From: Octopus vulgaris
Lineage: Eukaryota
Direction: 5' to 3'
DNA length: 64,000 bases
Assembly: GCA_951406725.2 (NCBI GenBank)
Contig: OX597825.1
Location: 15,004,001 to 15,068,000 of the forward strand
In this document: in pieces, positions 57,757-64,000 of the stretch
Position numbering within the stretch: position 1 is the stretch's first letter
Layout: each line of letters opens with the position of its first letter
Position numbers and translations under genes: made by a program
The notes under the pieces: model-generated
Seen by the model: the letters and a program-made list of their open reading frames with translations, nothing else
The model's database searches: none
Told to the model about the DNA's origin: nothing

Positions 57757-58249
57757 CTAATATGCATTCTTTTACTACGTAACTTGTATCCTAAACCATT
57801 CTTGTGAAAATTAAAAATAAATTTCTCTAAATCTTCAGGCAATTCTTTTGGTGCCATTGTATTCACGATGAAGAAGATTTTCACCACGGTACACAAATCC
57901 GAATTCCTGCAGATGCATTAACAATGTCCGGTGCAAAAACGCCAGTAGCAATAATGTATTAGAATTGAAATTATCAGCAATATCTAAATTTAGTAAAAAC
58001 TTTGGATAAAATATTGAATATAGCGAATTTCCTTTAGGCTGTATATATTTTTATAACGTTTGAAAATTAATATTTCGTTCATATCTTTGAAAATGTTCAA
58101 TTGTTTTTTTAAATTCCAAATGTGTATGATGTTTGCGTATATGATATATTTTATTCTGTACAAATTTCGTTTGATTTCCTATGTTATATCATTAATGGCA
58201 ATTTTACTGAAATTGTTTAGGGGTGTACATACTTCTGTGAGATACTATA
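57757..58249 (-). mobile_element. 5' end of a Tc1 element (TIR plus transposase N-terminus), truncated at the SINE
   Basis: Minus end tatagtatctcacagaagtatgtacacccc; ATG at 57857 gives MAPKELPEDLEKFIFNFHKNGLGYKLRSKRMHISV (Tc1 paired-like HTH). Confidence 0.78.
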
Positions 58250-58759
58250 TATAACATAAAACTGAGGCAGGCTGACAGATGGATACATTTATTTAAGCGT
58301 TTTTATCTTTAGAATTACTGCCGTTTCGTAGCTTTCATACTTTAATAACAATTAGTGCATAATAAATTGTTTTACATGTCTGCACCAATATGCCTGTTAG
58401 GTATTGCAGATAAAGATGGCTTGGTCTTTAGGTTACCAGCGCATCATGTTTACATGGATGCTTGAAACCTGAGTTGTACAAGGAGTAGCCTGAATATAGT
58501 TGCAGACTTGCAAAATAATTTATTATACACTGAAAATATTATTACATGGTGTGAAAGCTGTGAAACACCTGTAAGCCAATGAATAGCAAGTGGTTAAATG
58601 AATATATACGCCTCTCATACCTCGTGAGTTTTATGGTTTCTATACTCCTCATTTCATTGAATGGATCTTCTGGATTTCGACTGCAAAAGATTCTACATTA
58701 CACTCCTCCGTATTCGACTACTATGTGATATAGTAGCCGGATCCCCCAGGGAAGCTTTC

Positions 58760-59520
58760 TGTGTCACCAAATGATCATTCCGTGAATTTTCCTTCCTTGA
58801 AGAAAATAGTACCTATTAAACGAATGAATTTGCCTCATTTTTGCAATAGGATTTTGCAATTGTATGCTAAAAGATTTTGATGGTGAATGGGGAACGTTTT
58901 CAGAACATTTATTTTCTCTTACTTTCTTCTCTCTTTTTGTCGCTTTGTACCGCTCGCTCTTGAAAGTAGAGCTATGTTCCAGAAAATGAACGAGGATAAC
59001 AACACTACACTCCCCATCGTATAGCAATCTCCGTGATTCCATGCGATGATCATTGGCTCTTGAACATCTTAGCTCCAGGAGAAGAAGTCTGACGCCATTT
59101 CACAGATTCAGCTCTCTTAACTCGATGATGAGGTTACAGTTCCTTTCCATCATCGTAAATAGAATCATCTCCATTGACTGCGAATCAAATCAGACTTCCT
59201 GTTTTCTCGCATTTAATCGAGTGCCAACTGCCCAGTTACTCATTTTGCACAAAGTTTTCGATACCCACAATTTCACCAATCTTCTATGATGTATAGTAAG
59301 CATAGTGCAGTTGTACATCAATTCCTTGATTGCGAATCATCTTTTCGTGTCGTCTAACCGTCTAACCGTCTATTCGCTGCTAATTTGTGTCACTGGTCGC
59401 AGTCCATCTCCTTCCACTACGTTGTTTCATCCCATGTTCGTCTCTTTTCATTTCAATTGTATCTCTCTGAGTCCATTGCTATTATTAACAGTATGATCAC
59501 CCTAAGCCATCTTGTAGACA
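58760..59520 (-). pseudogene. Heavily decayed mariner transposase
   Basis: Minus peptides ANRRL, GYRKLCAK*VTGQL (WVPxxL position), KWRQTSSPGAKMFK and VILVHFLEHSSTFKSERY. Confidence 0.8.
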
Positions 59521-59732
59521 TCTCTGGATATTGAACCGTTTGCACTATTTCTTCGTTAAGAACTCAACAGCAAACTGTCTGCTATGAAATTCGCTATTTG
59601 CTTCCAGAGAAAGAAAGGAAAAATAAATAAAAAGGAAAACTATTCTATCATCAACGTGTTTGTATTAACTGATCTTTGTCAGTTAATAAAATGTATACAC
59701 ACACTAGCGCATTTATTTCGGTAAAACCTTCG

Positions 59733-60174
59733 GGATGTTTTCGGTTTGAACGGCAGTTTTTTCTAGCGGTGTCATATGAAATTGCCACCCACAATTATGA
59801 CCCTAGTATCGATCTATTGCATTTCAATCTGTTTTAGGGTGTAGGGTTAGTTAGGGTTAGGATTAAGGTTAGGGTGGGAAGAAAGGTATCTTTTTTTCTT
59901 CACAAATGTAAATAAACCCAATCTGTTTCTTAAACGAGGGACATATTCATACGGCACAGAATGTTTTTTACCTAAATAGACGTCAGTGATTGTTTGAAAT
60001 TGCAGAAATTGAAGAAGAAAAAACAACAAATATTTTACAAGCTATAGAAGTTTCTCAATAAAGCCAAGAGAAAAAGATGCTTTATAAACACATTCTACCA
60101 GTATACGAAGTTTAATTTTTTTTTTAGTTACCTAGAAATTATGTTAAAAACTGCCGTTCCAACCGAAAAGATCC
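59733..60174. mobile_element. 442-bp MITE with GG..CC 28-bp TIRs, 8-bp TSD and internal TTAGGG-like repeats (Merlin-like)
   Basis: ggatgttttcggtttgaacggcagtttt / aaaactgccgttccaaccgaaaagatcc; flanks aaccttcg and agccttcg; ttaggg variants at 59834-59875. Confidence 0.85.
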
Positions 60175-61127
60175 AGCCTTCGTAAATCATAACGCACTTA
60201 GCCGTACATATATACTTACTATTCTATATCTACGCAAACATGTTCACACTTACACATATTTGCTTTATTGTATCTTTCTCCCACTATATATCTATTCCTC
60301 TATTTATACGCGTGTTAAACGAGACGTATGTGAGAAACAAACCGAAACGCGTATTTAATGTATGCACACGTGAAAAGGCGGAGTTTAGAAAAAGAAATGT
60401 ATTTTTCATTGTACTAAATAGCTTGCCCTCTATTCCGCTAAGTACATCTGCCCGTATAAAGTACATTTACTTTTAGATAATTACCTAATTTTCACAGGAA
60501 GATATCCATCTATATGTTTTAGAGAGTAAATGTGCCTGCTGCGATAAATTCGTCGGTATATCTTTAGTCTTTATTCTCATTGTTAAATCATCCTTATCCA
60601 TTTGGAATATTTCACACATAATGGAATTTTAAATATAATCGTAACTCTAAAACGCGTTACTGCTTCAATTTCTTTTCATAACACATTAACTAACTCCGCT
60701 TTAGCTTTTATTTCCTATCTGCTTCCCTTCGACACCTACCAGTTCGAAAGATAATGATTAATCTTTGTAGATCATTACAGGAGAAAATTCAGTTGGAGAT
60801 ATTCAAATGCCTTCCAACAGATAGTTACTATATTCATCCAATTAGCCAGCATTTCAGCGTATTTATCACATCTTAGCATGTCAGCTAGACACGGATACGA
60901 AGCTGATCTAAAATATGTTTTGTACGCAATTTCAATGTTAGTAAAGGTGAAATTGCTGTAAAGTACTCGATACTTCAGCGAAACTGAAATCATAATTTTG
61001 TTAGTTTTGCCGCATCTTTTTTTTATTTTTCAAGTGATAAGTATCTTAACTCTTAAAGTATTCTTCGCCTTTTAAGAAAATTTGAAACGTTGACACTACT
61101 TAACATATCGATATTTCGGAAGGTAAA

Positions 61128-61500
61128 AGAGGCGGCAGATTGACAGAATTGTTAATTATTCCAGGCGAAACGCTGAGCGTCATTTCGTCCGTCTTTGCAT
61201 TCTGAGTTCGAATTCGGCCCCAGTCGAATTTGCCATTCATCGTTTCGAGTTCCATCAAATAAGTAACTTTTGAATACTGTGGACAATGTAATCGGTAATT
61301 TCTCTCCCTTGAAATTGCTGGCCAAGTGCCAGATGTTCAAATCGATATTTAGAAAGTTGAAAAAAGGGCCGCGACCTGACAGAATTAGCAGCATTCATTG
61401 TTTCGTGATCGTTGAAATAAGGACTAGTTTCGTACAGGACTCGCTGGAATCGACTTACCCGCATTTCAGAAACTGCAGGCCATGTACCAAAATTTGAAAG
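61128..61500 (+). mobile_element. Two adjacent diverged family A SINE copies
   Basis: gaggcggcagattgacagaattgtta..tctgagttcgaattc; second head gggccgcgacctgacagaatt at about 61366; both end in gcc..gtgcca/gtacca..tttgaaa-like tails. Confidence 0.75.
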
Positions 61501-64000
61501 GTAATCAGAGAATGGCATTAGAATACTTTCCACTATAGACAAAATGCCTGAAATCTTGGGAAAATAGTCCAGTTCATTTCGTTCCCCCCACTGCATGTAC
61601 TTGTTTTTTCGGCATCGAAAGCAGGGGCGAACTAGGTGGTATTTCACCCCCGAGTGTATGGCAGTATCAATAGAATGCCAGAGAGTATTCATTCGAGTCT
61701 ATGTTTATTTTTCGTTTAGATTTCAAGTTTTCATCCAAAGACCAAGTAAAGATAGATTATATATTCAACCCCTCCTCGGGCTATATAAAAATTACTATGA
61801 AAAACTCGCAGGCAATCACAAAATACGCATTGTTTATATCACAATACAGATCAGACTAGATTGTGCAGGCTAAGCTATATTTAAAGCACACACTCAACAT
61901 TTCCTTTATTCATTTTCCTCTATTTGTGTACAACACACATCATGTAATGCATCATTTTAGGAGATAACGATGTATAGTTTATGGGGTATTCAGCAAATAT
62001 CCAATTGCTCAGCAATCAGTTCGTTCTCTTTGAAGTGTGAGAGGAATTTTTTCCTAGATTGATATTGTTTTAGTTTCTCTCAGGTTCAACTGAAAAATTT
62101 CAATGTCAGATGATAGGTCAGTCATTTTCTTCTGCGCACACTTCTCAAAGATGTTGGCCTTCTTTTCAATGTTATAAATTGATAAGGTAACTTTAATATC
62201 AAGAAGAATAATGCCAGATTTCTAAGTGGAGACCCACAAGTCAATTTGCAATATATTCGAATGGCATTCTAAGTTTTAATACATGTGGAAAAGGAATCAG
62301 TTATTGTGTTTTTCTCAATCCGTAAAGCAACCAGTAAAGCAACCATGCAAATAAACAAAGGATTCAAAAATTAGTGGTAATAATGGTAATGATGAGGGAT
62401 TTGTTGACCCTAGTCTCCTAATTATTGTGTTGGTTTACTTTAACATCACATTTGACTTAGCATTGAAAAACATTTTAACGTGATCATCCCCCCTGTACCA
62501 TATTGTTATATATATATGGATGGAACCACACTGGCCATATGTCATGGGGGTCATGGTGTTTCTATTGCTTATTAAGAGAGTGAAGAGTAGCTTCAATAAC
62601 CAATACTTTAGGTCCTCGAGTACTGGTACATATGAATGTGGGGGGAGGGGTTTCGTATATGTGTCCGAGTGTTTTGTGCGTGTGTGTGTGCGTATGTGTG
62701 TGTGTTATATCAAAATCATTAGGCTTTGTTGTTTGATACTGATGTTCGATTGTCTTCTGTGATGCTATCTGTGAAGATGCGAACAGTACTCTCTATCAAA
62801 ACAACATACCTTGGGCAAGATTCTCTCAAGACATTGGGTAAATCTTAGAGTCATTTAGAATTGCTTTCAGGACTAAACCGGATCGTTTACAGGGCCACAA
62901 ATACGAGCACCTTCATTTCCAACCTCAACAACGGGGCTTAATTTCGGCAATCAACATTCATACATTTTGATATCTTCGACCCCGCACAGTTGAAATTACT
63001 TGTGCTGAATACACAATATATCTTCACGTCTAAGAACGTCTACATGGGAAAACTTATCCTAATATTTAATGCATAGAATCTCCAGAAGAAATACGTGAAA
63101 AGGATTCAATATTTAAGCAAATTACCCAGTATCGATGTTTCAGCCACAGCGAGACAGTTCGCTGGAAAAACTGCATTGATATCCATCTGAGTAGATACGA
63201 AGCCTACAATTCATATAGCAACTTTCCGAAGGCTGTCACCGCATTGTCGATATACGATCACTATTCAAATTAAAGGCAAATAGTTGAGGCTACTCCACTC
63301 CCAAGTTAATCAATAAAGAATCACCACTCCCAAGTTAATCAAAGTTGTTTACACATTCAAGTCAGTTCCACAGGATGTACAAATTAGTTATGTATTTCAA
63401 GAGAATTCTAGAGGGGTTCCATTTCTGTAGACCTCATGTTGAGGTCGACATTGTAGCAGGCCTTTGAAAGTTGATTGATATAGGCTTCATGGTAGACAGG
63501 TATTGTAAATGTTGTAGAGAATCATCTCAAACAAATTTTGACTGACATAGCTGTTCAACTTTGACTTTTGCTGGCAATCAGCAAATTTTATTCTTCAATC
63601 CGTAAGATTTTAGAGGACTCAAGAGCGTTGGTTTGATTCATCTGCGAAACGCCGGTGTTCACGCAAAGATGTCTCACGAATAAAGACGCGCGTGTGTAAA
63701 CAAAACAGTAACAGAACAAAAAAAAAAGGAAGAGGAAGAAAACTGATGACTTCTATAAAAACAAGAACCATAAACTGTTGGACATGTTTTGTCAGTGTGA
63801 CTCTCGTGAGACGAAAGTGTTGTCTTGAGAAAGACATGGTGTATGGACAGGGTGTGCGTCATGGAATGGTAGAATGACAGTCAGGAACGAAGTGAAAAAT
63901 AGAGAGAAAGAAAGATTGTAGGAGTGTGTCAAGAGTCAAGATGGTCGAAGTGGAAGTTAAGAAACACTGTAATGAAAGAAAAGAAACAAACAAATTTGTC

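Noticed and set aside
61950-62260. Possible hAT/Buster relic (MTDLSSDIE, AEYP) on the minus strand
   Set aside because: Too degenerate to support
63295-63343. 19-bp direct repeat ccactcccaagttaatcaa
   Set aside because: Simple local duplication with no associated structure
62760-63420. Possible very old mariner/Tc1 relic (RQFAGKTALISI*VD)
   Set aside because: Only one weak motif; catalytic motifs and TIRs not recognisable

Overview
AT-rich eukaryotic DNA with no intact protein-coding gene that I can support. It is most likely a very large intron or an intergenic region of a coleoid cephalopod (Octopus-like), inferred from the tRNA-derived SINE families and the extreme (TA)n/(GATA)n/(TAA)n load. 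Nearly all listed ORFs are microsatellite translations (YI, LSIY, poly-I/N/Y/L) or transposon relics. The window is a layered record of transposable elements. It holds at least four SINE families, four mariner copies, Tc1-type relics including a DD37E (TRT-type) element, MULE and hAT transposase relics, an R4/Dong-like RLE LINE with a (TAA)n tail, a CR1/L2-like RT fragment, a Ty3/gypsy gag fragment and Penelope-like RT fragments. There is also a GG..CC/8-bp-TSD MITE carrying TTAGGG repeats. The most unusual structure is a set of sequence-unrelated, nearly loop-less 150-350 bp palindromes in TA-rich sites, each with a 7-10 bp tandem duplication at or next to its symmetry axis. A decayed hammerhead-ribozyme motif and a few speculative phase-1 micro-exon candidates are also noted. 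All family assignments come from motif recognition by eye; no database search was run.
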